A stretch of DNA of 64,000 nucleotides from Octopus sinensis (lineage: Eukaryota). The notes under the pieces are model-generated. The model ran no database searches and was not told where the DNA came from. It was given only the letters and a program-made list of their open reading frames with translations. Location of the stretch: the NCBI RefSeq assembly GCF_006345805.1, contig NC_043001.1:100936001-101000000 (forward strand), in the 5' to 3' direction. Positions within the stretch are counted from its first letter, which is position 1. The number at the start of each line of letters is the position of its first letter. A program made the translations under genes and the position numbers. Below, piece by piece: positions 1 to 13,290 of the stretch.

Positions 1-58
1 ATATATATATACATATATATATACATATATACATATATATGTATACATACATATATAC

Positions 59-107
<49 letters not shown>

Positions 108-150
108 TATATATATGAATATATTTATATATATATGCCTATATATATGC

Positions 151-203
<53 letters not shown>

Positions 204-244
204 ATTTATATATATATATAAGCACACATGTTTACATACATATG

Positions 245-280
<36 letters not shown>
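1..280. repeat. Compound (TA)n/(TACA)n/(TG)n microsatellite
   Basis: Directly visible; explains ORF 115..315. Confidence 0.95.
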
Positions 281-281
<1 letters not shown>

Positions 282-802
282 GCCCATGATACATTATTAT
301 CTTAAGGCAAAATAAGTAAATACATAGAAAAACTTAAGAGATAAGTTTCTGATGCACTCCTTAAATATACATTTTCTCACCTGCTACCAGCGACTTTTAA
401 AGAGTAATGAGGCAAAATAATAATAATAATGATGATGATAATGATGATGATGATGAGAAGGAGGAGGAGGATGCGAATAAACAATAGTAATAGAGGAATA
501 AGAATACAAGTGTTACAAGTAGCATCATTCTTCATATTCTATTTCATTATTGTCTATTCAGCACACACACACACACACACATACTCTCTCACATACACAC
601 ATGCACACATAGACTGGCAAGGACATGTAGATACACACATGCACACAAGTGTACAGATGCATTCACTCCTTCGTCCTTTTTTTTCTTTTAAGCTGCTTCA
701 ACAATTTTAATGAGCAGCATCTCTTCATTTCAACTCGACAGTCTTTTTGCTACTTTGGCTTTCAGAAAGGAATCAAACCAGACGCAGAACTTCAAAACAA
801 CA

Positions 803-845
<43 letters not shown>

Positions 846-1009
846 AATGAACATATACACACACATATATATACCTCAAAGTAATATATATATATATTCA
901 TATATAACACAACATAATGTATATGTATATTATATATTCATACATAATATATGTATTCGTAGATAATAGAACTTACTATAATATATACATGATATATTTA
1001 TATATAATG

Positions 1010-1135
1010 TGTTGGTGCCACATAAAAAGCACCCATGCTGGTGCCACCTTGTGAAGTGGTTGGCATTAGGAAGATAGATCCACGGCATTCTGTGAAGTGG
1101 TTGGTAAAGAGCATCCAAATGTAGAAGCAATGTCC
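1010..1135 (+). mobile_element. Degraded fragment of RTE LINE 3' UTR
   Basis: aaaaagcaccc...gtggttggcattaggaag...gcatcc is the reverse complement of the motif ggatgcccttcctaacgccaaccac...gggtgcttttt at 48645-48690. Confidence 0.6.
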
Positions 1136-1323
1136 AAAATTGAAAAACTGAACAAAGGTGTGGTCTACCCTCGGGATCCAGCATATGTCAGTATGGACAG
1201 GAGATGAAACATTCATAATGATATTTATATCTGTACTCATGCACACACACACACACATGTATATACAAATACAGCCCACATAAACATACATATATATACA
1301 TAAATGTGCACACACACACACAC

Positions 1324-1373
<50 letters not shown>

Positions 1374-1421
1374 GAAGGTTGTAAAGTGGCAGCATATTAA
1401 AATACCTTTAAAGGTTAAAAT

Positions 1422-1741
1422 TATAAACAACTTATAAACAAGGGCAAAAGAAAAACTATTTCCATGCCAATATGCTAAGAACAGACTTTTAAATCGTCAA
1501 TTTCCACATATCATTATACACTCACTATAAATACATGTTGTGCTGAAATCAGGACGGCTTGCTGATAGTATTTTAAAAAGAAGTTCGTTATTTCTATATT
1601 GAATCAATTTCGGGATTAATCTCATAATAGATTTTTTTCTCTATAGTGAGTGTATAATGAAATGTGGAAATTGACGATTTAAAGTCTGTTATCAGCATAT
1701 TGGTATGGAAATAATTTTTCTTTTGCCCTTGTTTATAAGTT

Positions 1742-1748
<7 letters not shown>
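1422..1748. mobile_element. MITE with about 107-bp terminal inverted repeats and TA ends
   Basis: 1422-1529 (tataaacaacttataaacaagggcaaaag...cactcactata) is the near-perfect reverse complement of 1642-1748; non-coding interior of about 110 bp. Confidence 0.8.
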
Positions 1749-1796
<48 letters not shown>

Positions 1797-1943
1797 GAAA
1801 TAGAAAGATGAATAATCTTGTTGCAGATTAATCAAAAGTTTAACCGATACCTTGGTAGCAAAAATCACAGCAGAAGACAGCACGGTTGGAGGTACAACCC
1901 TATGGTGTTGCAACCGTGCGTTGGTGCGGATAATTGAATTTTA

Positions 1944-2205
1944 ATATTATTAGTGAATTGAAGAAATGGAGTTGAACGAAGATTGAACAGAAATCGTTTT
2001 ATTGCATTCTACACGTGTTTCGAAAGGCACAATTTACCAAATTCCGATTGAATAAGGAGACCATATTGTGTCAGGAGACACAATATGGTCTCCTTATTCA
2101 ATCGGAATTTGGTAAATTGTGCCTTTCGAAACACGTGTAGAATGCAATAAAACGATTTCTGTTCAATCTTCGTTCAACTCCATTTCTTCAATTCACTAAT
2201 AATAT
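1944..2205. repeat. Perfect palindrome: 129-bp arms with 4-nt loop (AGGA)
   Basis: 1944-2072 and 2077-2205 checked by eye base by base as exact reverse complements. Confidence 0.95.
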
Positions 2206-2519
2206 ATATATATATATATATCAAAAATGTGTGTGTGTGTGTTTGTGTATATATAAACTAACATATATAGACATACAACATCATAATGATGGATTTTATG
2301 ACCCTTGTTTTCTATACTGGCCAAGTTAGTTTGAAAATTAGTAACAAATTTTCTATGGGCAGAAGTTCTCCCTGTTGCTATGTCCATTTACTTTTCAAGA
2401 AATCTATTTTTAATTCTCCTGACATTCACATCATCATCATTATCATCATCACACATGTGTAGCATTTGTTTATTGGAGTAAAGTGGAGATTTGGGAGCAG
2501 AGTATTTAAGATGGAAGTT

Positions 2520-3200
2520 ATTGAACATAGATATGCATCTGTTAAATAAGACACAAATTCTATAAATATGTTGCCATATTGTGGAAGAACAATCTTGTAA
2601 TCCTTTGGCTAAGAAATGTTGCAAGAAAAATAAAGCCAATTAATTCAGAAGTTACGATCAAAGATCTCTGCAAAAAGGAAGATGAGTTTAAGTCGTTGAT
2701 AATATGGCCTGATGAAAGCAAATTCTACCAAATTTTCATTTTCAATGTAAACATATGTTGTGCAATAAAACTAAAAGATGGGAACCAGATTGTTTGCAGA
2801 GAGAAGCTAAGCACTGAGTTGCTGTGGTAGTTGTATGAGGGTAGTTTGAGGCATCAACAGGTCAGAGCTTGTTCTCATAGAAAATCATTAAAATAGCCAA
2901 GAATACAATAAAAGTACTAGACAGGTATCTATTAACCATATATTTCAATGTAGGAGTTTGGCAAAAGACCCACAGGATCAAATTTCTGAAATGATTGTTC
3001 TAAGTTTCAATCTTAATCCAACAAAACATGGATGGGAACATCTTGATTGGAAATTGTAAGCAAGATTGTCTAAAAATTTCATCAGTTACACAGTTCAAAG
3101 ATTAAACACCACTTTGATAAAATGACGGAAGGATTCATGTTAATCCATTCTTTGGCCAAGAATTCATTCAGTTCTGCAATTAATTATCTAAACCCTCACT
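2520..3200 (+). mobile_element. Degenerate Tc1-like transposase remnant
   Basis: VARKIKPINSEV (cf. ARKKPLIS), IIWPDESKF (cf. VIWSDESKF) and NLNPTKHGWEHLDWKL (cf. DLNPIEHLW) in the expected order, with stops and frameshifts. Confidence 0.65.
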
Positions 3201-6200
3201 GGGTAACATTGATCTTCAGTTAGCTTAAGTTAAATTAAGCTAGGTTGGGAGTGATAGTGTAACTGTAGAATTATAAAATATTTGGTAGCATTTATGGTGC
3301 GAGAGGCAGGACATTTTTCTCTAATTTGAGAGCAAAATGGCCTGGGGATCCGAGTTTTTTCCGAAAATATTAGTGAAGTCTATACCCTGTGATGTTTCTA
3401 TATATTCTTTTTTATTGGATTTAATGAAATCTCCCACTTGTAGTCTTCTTTGGAGCTGGCGTCTTTTCCATTAGCATTGTATTTCCAGGTAGGCTTTGTA
3501 CCTTCAATCATTATAATTCTTAGGGTACATGTGAGTGTGTCCAATACAATCACAGTCCTTACATTTAGACCACTAAAATAATTTATATTGAATTTATTTT
3601 GCTAGTTACCTTAGCTGCATCTACAGCCATAACTACACAATGCCACTCTATAAAATTTCTATGTAAGAATTATTGTGTTATTGGGAATCCTAAAAGTATT
3701 CTTATGCTTACTTCTTGTATCATTTCTAAATTTCTACAGTTATACATAAAAAAATTATGTAGCTGGGAAAATATAAAACTAAACAGCATTTCTTACTACA
3801 GAAGAGAGCAAAGAGAAAAATTGTATTCCTTGGCTCATGAAAGAATGATAGCAGCTTAAATGTTCCCTCATGTCAGTTAATACAATCCCTCCTGAATAAA
3901 TCAGGAGAAATCTTCTTATGTAAAGAAAAACAAACGCTATCTGATGTACCTTTGAAACAAAAAAAAGGCAGCAAAACTACAAGTTGAATTTGTCAAACAC
4001 ACCTCTGACTATAAATCTGTGCCTCGTACATGGGTCAAAGAAATATAAATTTGATAATAAAAGACATTGAAAATGACATAGATCTGAGATTAGTCATAAT
4101 TTTGTATTGCAGTAAGGATGGGTTCTCAAAACAGGGCTAATGAAAGGGACCATGTAGTCAGAGGTCCCATCAAATGGGTTTTACCAGTCCTAATAATACC
4201 CAAAGTCCACAGAGCCATATTGAAACAATACCCAAGGTGTTGAGATAAAGAGCATGAGGTTAATGATACAAGGGCAGAAAACCTCAATGTTTGTATAATT
4301 GTCAAGAATAAAACTCAATGCCTGGGAGAGCAGGGAATTCTAAGTAAAAAGCAAAGAAAAAGAAAAAAAAAATCATCAAGGTCAGCTGCAACAGCAGAAA
4401 GAACAACAAATCCAGTCAAAACTCTGGGAATGGCAAATGGAATAGCTTTATAGACATTGTTAGAAAGAGATAAGCAAACAGTTGCCTTAATGCAACATGA
4501 AAGAAAGGAAAACTACAAATAAAAGAAAACTTTTAAATTATTGATGAAAATGCAAAAAGAAAAAAAATCTCAAAAAAGATAATTCAATGAAAAACAATGA
4601 AAAAGATTGAGGAGAGACAGTTTCTTCGCAAGAACAATTCTAAGCTTCCTTGAGAATATAATGAATGGAATGAAAAGGGCAAAGGTTAACAATGTCTAAT
4701 ACAACTGAGAAGAGTTTCAAAGTCTATAGAAAGTAAAGAGAGTGCACTGCCAGTATTCATTCTCTATAGAAGGCAAGAAACCTCTTCCCTTACCAAAAAT
4801 ACAAATTCTTTCCAGTTGCCAGATTTCAAGCCACATCTCTGTCACAGCTGAGCACCAAATCCTACCCATTTAATTTACCCTCTACTCCTATCATCCTCCT
4901 CCTCCTCCTTCCCTCTCATTTTCCCCATTGCACTTTCTTTTAATTTCTTCCTCTGCTCCATTTCATGCTACACTGTTGCACACTACCATTACTCATTCCA
5001 AAATAGCAATCCTACCAATCCTGTACCTTAACTGTGCCTCTGTAAAAGGATGACCAGTGCCTGTGATGAGAACCACTGTCCACCATATTGCTGGTAGTTT
5101 GTATGCAGGAAGGAAAACAAAAAGCTTTTTATAACATAAAACTTTTAGCGGAAAGAGTTGGTCGACAAAGTTTGATTCTCAAACTAGTAACCACACAGAT
5201 CGATGGAATATTGATCTCTATGGTTGGTGGGATTAAAAACAAAATTTGTTTAATTTTAATGTGCCTAATCGCGCATATGATACAAGTAGCTAAGGAGATG
5301 CCCTGCATCATATCTGTGACACCTGAAAGCTAAGTGCTGAGAGGTGAGTGTACACTGCAACACCTGATGCAATGTTCAACACTTCTAAGATGCCAAGGAA
5401 TTATTCATAACAATGCAAACAGCCAGAAACGAAGTACATCTCACAAAGCTGCACCTTTGATGACATGATGCAATGTTTTTTTTTTGCAGCTATTTAATTA
5501 TATATTTTGCTCTTCCCAGCAGTTTTAATAACACCTCAGGGAGTCACACAATGACCACGTTATGCATTATCAATAATTGCTAAAACACCTGAATATTTGG
5601 CAATTTATTTTTTGTGGGAGTGTTTTTATAGGTGCTGATATTAGGATTCATAGTTGAGTGGTATTTCGAAGGTGGTTTTTTTTTAATGTCTCTCTCTCTC
5701 TCTTTCTCTCTTCTCTTTTTCTTTCCTCTTCTCTTTCCCCTCTCTCTCCTCCTCCTCTCTCTCTCTCTCTGTATGTGTGTGTATTTGAATTTTGCTTTGG
5801 TCAAGATTAAAGGGTTTCAAAACTTACTTGTGTGTAAATTCTGTATTTCATGGGATTTGGTATATCAATTATTTAAGGTTGAGCGATTTTTTTAATATGC
5901 TTTTATGCGTTTTTGATCAAAGTTTGTTTTTGTTGGTGTCTTTGTTTGCTTGGATAAGAAGTGCAATGCATTGTTTGTTTAATCTGTTCGTGACTCAATT
6001 CTTGTGAATGAAAATTTTTTTGTAAGGCCTGATGTATATTTGTGGCTTTGTGTTTGTGTGTATATGTGCATGAGATGTATTACGTGTTTAATTTGGGTTG
6101 GCTATTTACATTGGATTCAAATAAATGGCAATTTCGGTGTGTGTGTGTGTGCATTTTATTGTTGTTGTTGGCCACTGATTAATCCTGTTTGGAGTTCTGA

Positions 6201-6639
6201 TCCTTTTTTAAAGATGAATTTATGTTAATGTCCGCAGTGTGAGCTAATCTCATTTCTCTTGTTATGTAAAAGTGTGTATTGTATGATTTTATTAGATATT
6301 TCTGTGATGCATGGAGAGTAAATATTCAGGGACAATATATATTTATGACGGTGCACTGTCTAAACAAATTACATTATGAAAGTAACATTTTAACCACTGG
6401 AAAATTTAGGAGCAGATAAAATTGTTATATTCAATTTTAATTCATTTCTCAATGGTACAGTTTATTAAGTGTTGCAAAATTCTATCACGCTTTTAACACT
6501 TAGTTGCTGACAGGTTTCTACTGCAGACTGAGAGCTGCAGGAAATATGTGACTAAGTCACAAAAGCAAAACAGAACAGAACAGAACCTCTAAGTATTAGT
6601 ATTATTGTTTTTATTTAGCTTGGGTTGAATTTATTAATC

Positions 6640-7815
6640 AAGTTCTTTTCTCTGATTTTTTTTTTTCAATTTCACTTGAACTGTGTAGCTGGTAGATGAA
6701 AATATAAATATTTTCCAACCACATGTTGCTAGATGGCTACTTGGAGGTATCTGATGGACATCTGGGTCTCTAATTTGTTGTTGGTGCAGATGTGAATGTT
6801 CTGATAGGCCATTTCCAGTTTGACCTACATATAGTTCTTCACAATTTGAACATTTGATGCAGTGAGTGAAATTTCTGCTTTTTCAGTTCGTATTTGCATT
6901 GTGAATATTTTTCCAGTTTTTGTGTTCACATATTGGCACGTGCCACATCGGCTATCATTGCCTTTAGATACATTGATCTTTGTTGCTAAGGTCAAATTTC
7001 GCCTTTCTTAATAATTTTTTCAAGTTTTTAGGCTGTCTTTTATGAAGAACCATAGCTTGATCTGTTATTATATGCTTTAATTACTTTGAGCAATGATTGG
7101 TAGGATTACTTTGGCAATGTTGAAGATATTCTGGTGACATGTGCTGTGTGTTACTATAAATGGTATGACTTGTTTTTGTTTTCCTCTTCTTTGAGTAGTC
7201 CTAAGTTGTATGGATATTTTTATAACCAGCTGTATGCTATCTTCTATAAGTAGAGACAGGGTATTTTTGTTTCAGCAAAAATTCTCTTAGTTCTGTCAGG
7301 CGTTTGTTCATGATACTCACATCTTCTACAATGATACAAATTCTTCTGGCTTGGCAGTATGGGATGTTGTGTTTTGTTTGTGGTGGATGGCATGACTTAA
7401 ATTTCAGGTATTGATGTGTGTCCATGTGATTGTAGTATATATCTGTGGTAACAGTGGTGTCTTTTTTAATTACCATTATATCTAGGAATGGTAGTGTGGT
7501 ACTACTCATCTCCTTTGTAAATTGGAGAGATGGGTGTAAGTTATTCAGGAGGATATTGAACTCTTCCAGAGTATTTAGAGATTCTGTCCAGATTATGAAA
7601 CAATCATCAAGGTATCTCTTCCATGCCTTTTCAATATAATTTCTTAATCTAGAGCTAGAGTTTTCTTCTACTTCTTGGCAGAGTTGTTGTTCCAAATATC
7701 CCATTACAGGGTTCGTGCAAATGGGAGCAAACATCGCTCCCATCGCCATGCCTTTAATTTTGATGTAATTCTTTCCATTGAAGAAGAATGTGTTGTTTTC
7801 CAGAATACTATTTTT
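6640..7815 (-). mobile_element. 5'-truncated, frameshifted Penelope-like retroelement (RT + GIY-YIG endonuclease)
   Basis: ORF 7237..7872: KGMAMGAMFAP, RYLDDCF, LHPSLQFTKE, LPFLDI, THQYL...SCHP. Other frames downstream give VIPFIVTH, RQPKNLKKLL, RCGTCQY and CIKCSNCEELYVGQTGNGLSE. The first about 20 aa of the listed ORF are simple repeat. Confidence 0.9.
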
Positions 7816-8059
7816 ACTGCTACAACCACTACCACTAACAACAACAACAACAACAACACTAAAGGTGCACATGATGATGATAGCAGAAAAATCTTAAGTC
7901 AAGAGAAAATCAGTAAAAATAATCTTATTTTAGGGATTAAAGTTCTATTACCATAGCTATTCCTACAACCACCACCACCACCACCACCACCACCACCATC
8001 AACAACAACAATAATAAAGGAGATGATAATTGAAATGTAAAAATCCCAGGGAAATGTTA

Positions 8060-8260
8060 CTCTTTTACTCTTGTACTTTTTTCAGTCATTTGACTATGGC
8101 CATGCTGGAGCACCGCCTTCAATCGAGCAAATCGACCCCAGGTCTTATTCTTTGTAAGCCTAGTACTTATTCTATCGGTCCCCTTTGCCGAACTGCTAAG
8201 TTACAGGTATGTAAACACACCACCATCAGTTGTCAAACAGACACACAAACATATACACAC

Positions 8261-8303
<43 letters not shown>

Positions 8304-8463
8304 TACAACGGGCTTCTTTCAGTTTATATCTATCAAATCCACTCATAAGGCTTTGGTCAGCCTGAGGCTATAGTAGAAGACACTTGCCCAAGGTGTCATG
8401 CAGTGGGACTGAACCCGGAACCACGTGGTTCGTAAGCACGCTACTTACCACACAGCCACTCCT
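8060..8463 (-). mobile_element. tRNA-derived SINE, family A (CORE-like, internal (TA)n/(TG)n)
   Basis: Reverse complement of the copy at 53461-53860: A-box gctgtgtggtaag, B-box ggttcagtccc, ccttgggcaagtgtctt. Confidence 0.85.
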
Positions 8464-8859
8464 ATACCATTTCTAAAAATAGCTCAACAATTACTGCTTT
8501 GGCTAGGATCAAAATACAGGTTACTTGATATGTTCAACAAACCATGATGCCTAAACAAAACACCAATCAACTTAATTAACTTAGTAAAATCATACACTGA
8601 TTGGTCAGAATACAGATTGCAAAAATTAACATTCTGGAGCCTATACAAATGTATTTAAGGCACACAGTTTATCCATCTCCCTACAATTAAACATAACTGT
8701 CAAGAAAGTATGGTAGGAAAGGATCTTCGGATGCTGGGCCTCAATGAGGAAATGACGAGGGACCAGGAGACGTGACAGTTTACTGTACTTGCTTAGATGC
8801 ATCGAGCTAAGTAAAATTGCTATTATCCATACATACGGGATTGTCCTTTCAGGTACAGA

Positions 8860-9125
8860 TGCCACTTAAAAAGCACCCATGCTGGTGCTATGTTAACACA
8901 CTCATGCTGGTGCTGCCCAGATGCACACATGCCAGTGGCACATGAAAAGCACCCATCACACCCTATTAAATGGTTGGTGTTAGGAAGGGCATCCAGCCGT
9001 AGAAACCATGCCACAACAGACAGGTGGAATCCGAATAGTTCTCTACTAGCCAGCTCCATGTCAAACCGTCAAACCCATGCCAGCATGGAAAGCAGATGTT
9101 GAATGATGGGGATGATGATGATGAT
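8860..9125 (+). mobile_element. RTE LINE 3' end with (GAT)n tail
   Basis: Ends aacccatgccagcatggaaagcagatgttgaatgat...gatgatgat, matching the 3' terminus of the element at 48518. Confidence 0.8.
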
Positions 9126-9134
9126 ATCACCTTG

Positions 9135-9405
9135 TTTTTCCAAAACTAATGCCTTGTGAGCAAAATCCTTTGTAGGGAAGGTGACACCATCCTTGCTGTG
9201 CAGGCCTGAAAATTTTCTTCCTGGTAGGTCACATCAGTTCCCAGATATTACACCCAGAGAGAAAACATGTGTGCACTCGTCAGATTTTTGTTTTCCTGCA
9301 AGACGAGTGAATGCTTCAAGCAGGGACCATAAACTCAGGTCTCATTACCAGTGACGATGGTCTTCATGAAGTTCGGGCCGTGGTTTGTCCAGTCCAACAT
9401 GTTCT
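9135..9405 (-). mobile_element. Mariner transposase remnant
   Basis: Minus strand reads MLDWTNHGPNFMKTIVTGNET*VYG, resembling the mariner F...IITGDETWVY motif. Confidence 0.55.
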
Positions 9406-9419
9406 GAGCGATTTCCATG

Positions 9420-9575
9420 CAGAGTTGTACTACACCTGGACTTCACAGATGATATGATGCCCATATCTAATGAAATAGATCAAGCACAACAGCTGCTCAG
9501 CAGAGTAGAAAGGTCAGCTGCTAAAATAGGACCACAGACAAATGTCAAGAAAGCTGAATGCTCAAACAAGTCCAA
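9420..9575 (+). mobile_element. RTE-type RT fragment from an older lineage
   Basis: LDFTDDMMPISNEIDQAQQLLSRVERSAAKIGPQTNVKK resembles RTE LDFADDIALLS...QELL.RVE...AKVGL.MN.KK. Confidence 0.65.
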
Positions 9576-9917
9576 AGTCAGTCAGTGTGCCTAGTAGCCA
9601 TCCATCTCTCAGTCACCAAGAGACAAATATCCTTGTAAGCAATTGTCAGGTGAATCAAGAGTTGTGTTCCATCCAATTCTCAGCAATTTAATCACTCCTT
9701 AGCAATGCAAAAAACAAACAACCATTCAACATCCTTGCTTCACCACATAACTACTACAACCCACACCTTGTCGAAAAAACTCTTCAAATTCTTTAACTTT
9801 CAAGACTGAACGCAGAACTAATAATACTACTGCTACTACTGCGACCCTTAAAAACTCACATTCAGTACAACACGTATGATTTTATTGAATAAAGTTTGCA
9901 TTTTTCCACACATTGTG

Positions 9918-10285
9918 ACTCTGTGGTAAGAAGTTTGCTTCTCAATCACATGGTTCCAGGTTCAGTCCCACGGTGTGGCACCTTGGGCAAGTGTCTTCTA
10001 CTATAGCCTCAGGCTGACCAAAGCCTTCTGAGTGGATTTGGTAAAGAGAAACTGAAAGAAGCCCACTGTACACATATATGTGTTTGTGTCTTTGTGTCTG
10101 TATTTGTCCCCTACCAACACTTGACAACTGGTGTAGGTGCATTTACATCACCATAACTTAGCAGTTCAGCACAAGATACTGATAGAATAAATATCAGACT
10201 TAAAAATAAAAGTAAACAAGGACTGGAATCGATTTGTTTGGTTAAAAATCTTCAAGGTGGTGCCCCCAGCATGGCCACAAAATAA
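9918..10285 (+). mobile_element. SINE family A copy
   Basis: tgtggtaag...ggttcagtccc...ccttgggcaagtgtcttctactatagcc...gatagaataa. Confidence 0.85.
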
Positions 10286-10628
10286 AAGAGAATCTCAAAA
10301 CCCACCTTAATCTTTACATTGTGAACAATTTAGGCAAAGTTCCTCTGGTTATCTGTTGATTGTTATTTGTTATGTGGTGGAAGCATGTTTAGTTTTGATT
10401 ACATTGGAAACGAATGAGACCCTTTTAGCTTGATATCGACATCCCAAAAGGTCATAACCGGTCAAATGTCTTTAGAACAAGTCTAAAGAGGAAGGATTTT
10501 ATGTAGTTAGGTTGTTTTAAAACTAAAAATGCATGAATGAGGAAGTTGTATCAATGAATTCCTTTTATAGAATTCTCAGTAAAAATTGATGAAATCCATT
10601 CGAATTTCATAATAATAATAATAATAAT

Positions 10629-11120
10629 CATCATCATCATCGTTTAACGTCCGTTCTCCATGCTAGCATGGGTTGGACGGTTCGACCGGGGATCTGGGAA
10701 GCCAGAAGGCTGCACCAGGCTCCAGTCTTATCTGGCAGTGTTTCTACAGCTGGATGCCCTTCCTAACGCCAACCACTCCGTGAGTGTAGTGGGTGCTTTT
10801 TACGTGCCACCTGCACAGGTGCCAGGCGAGGCTGGCAACGGCCACGGTTGGATTGGTGTATTTTATGTGCCACCGGCACGGAAGCCAGACGAGGCGGTGC
10901 TGGCATTGGCCACGACTCGGATGGTGCTTTTTACGTACCACCAGACCAGGGATCCTGGCTGGTTCAATTCGATTTCGATTTCGCTTGCCCCAACATGTCT
11001 TCACAAGCAAGGGGGTTGGCATGGGTGCCTGTTGTACGGTCAGATTGGTGTATTTTACGTGCCACCGGCATGGAAGCCAGTGGAGGCGGCGCTGGCATCG
11101 GCCACGAGTCGGATAGTGCT
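10629..11120 (-). mobile_element. 5'-truncated RTE copy (3' UTR) with (TAA)n on both sides
   Basis: (CAT)n-cgtttaacgtccg...ccatgctagcatgggttggacgg matches 48518 onward; about 4 internal subunits of roughly 63 bp. Confidence 0.85.
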
Positions 11121-11150
11121 TTAATAATAATAATAATAATAATAATAATG

Positions 11151-11219
<69 letters not shown>

Positions 11220-11227
11220 TAATAATG

Positions 11228-11269
<42 letters not shown>

Positions 11270-11270
11270 T
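11121..11270. repeat. (TAA)n microsatellite, about 50 units
   Basis: Directly visible. Confidence 0.95.
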
Positions 11271-12114
11271 TCACTTATTTTAACTGATTTTATAAGAAAT
11301 TTTCAAACATTTTATGTGCATTTTATCTTGACATTATGTGTAATTGAACAATCCTTGAGAATATCCCAGGTCAAAACATTTGTATGTATTGCAATTTTAT
11401 CGTGTACCATTTTCAATATTGTTAGGACATCAAAACTGTTTATTTTAATATTGTAAAGTAGATAAATAGATAAATAAATACAAAAATATAACAAAGTATG
11501 GAACACTAGAATAAGCAGGAACCCAAATAAATTTTGTTCTGTCTATTTGCATTCTGAGTAGAATTTTTGCTGGAGTTGACAATTATTTGCATTCCTGCAA
11601 GAATGGATTGTGCCGCCTCTTCTTTACAACAATTGTGTGTCTCTCTCTCTCTCAATTCATATGACCTCACCAAGGTTGAAATGCTGTATTAATATTGCTG
11701 TTATCTATATTATCGTTTCAGAGATGGGAAGTTGGAATATTAATATTCTTCTCAGTGGCATTATCCAAAGAATATATAAACAATTCCAAATAAGAGCTAA
11801 ACCCACTTTACAAAACACATAAAATTCAACAAGACCAAGAAATACAGAAATATCATTACCACAACTGCACACACCCAACTTGCCCTCCCACATGCTACAT
11901 TTTTATCACCCTTCTCTCTCTCTCTCTCTCTTTCTCACATGCAGACAGACATACATACACAGAATTATGCAATTCTATTCACATATACAAGATTGATTCT
12001 ATAAAACTTTCAACAAACAAAACAGTATTCATTGAAATCAATTTCATTTTTGTTCTGTAGAATGATTCTGTGTCAGGCTGAAAGATCAAAGACCTCCTGC
12101 CGTATCTATTGTCT

Positions 12115-12147
<33 letters not shown>

Positions 12148-12939
12148 CTATTCTATTGGCTGGAATCTGGGATCAGAATCCCAGATTAGAACCTAATCGA
12201 CAAGAACCACAAACGTCACTATGAATTATAGACACTCCCATCAGATTCGCTTTTAGATCATTAATACTTATGAAGCAGAAAATATTAACAGCAATAGCAA
12301 AAACAACAACATTAACAGCAACAATAACAACAACATGTAAAAACTAAATTAATCATCATCATCAGCAACAAGGGCAACAGACTCAAACGCTTTGTGGAAT
12401 TTGTCCTGGCTCTTTCAGGTTTTAAGTTCAGATTCTTCCAAGGTCAAAGCTGCCTTTTATTTCTCTGGATCAATAAAGGCCCAGTGATGAGAAGGGGTTG
12501 ATATCATCAACTGTTCTTTCCCTCTCAAAATTTACGGACTTGTGGCTTTATGACGAACCATTATTAATACCAACAGGGTTGCCACTAGCAGCACTGGCAA
12601 CATTCAGAGAACTATTGAGGAAACTTTCACTCAGTGATGGGATCTGCCAGAAATGGATGCTAAAGGTCCCTGAAATCGCTCTCTGATGTCCTATATTTAA
12701 AGAAGAGACATTAAATGAAGTCATCCTATAAAGTGCTAACAAGACAGGATGGCCATCACTGGAATGTATTTGATAATAGATATGTTTAGTTCTGGCTGTG
12801 CTGGGGTTAAATAATGGCAACATTTTTGATAGCCGTGAGCAGATGTATCATTTTCAAATATATTGTTATCAGTACCACCACAACCACCACCACCACCACC
12901 ATCAGCAGTAACAGCACTATGAACTACAAAGACTCAAGT

Positions 12940-13066
12940 ATATATACACATGTATATATCTATACATACACTCACACATACTCACACACACACACATGAT
13001 GATAATTATATATATATATATATGTATATGTATATATATATGTATATATAATATGTATATGTATAT

Positions 13067-13159
<93 letters not shown>

Positions 13160-13290
13160 ATATATATATGATGATGATGATGATGATACATACATATACA
13201 TGTATATATATATATATATATAAATCTATCTATATATACATATATATATACATGTATATGTATGTATCTATACATGCACACAAACATACA
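12940..13290. repeat. Compound (TA)n/(CA)n/(GAT)n tract
   Basis: Directly visible. Confidence 0.9.

Noticed and set aside
5088-5333. TTQIDGILIS as a LINE endonuclease motif
   Set aside because: A single short motif without supporting neighbours.
12164-12187. 10-bp perfect stem-loop aatctgggat-caga-atcccagatt
   Set aside because: Too short to assign and no context suggesting function.
12498-12823. GC-richer segment with short ORFs on both strands
   Set aside because: No recognisable protein or splice pattern; possibly old TE, unassignable.
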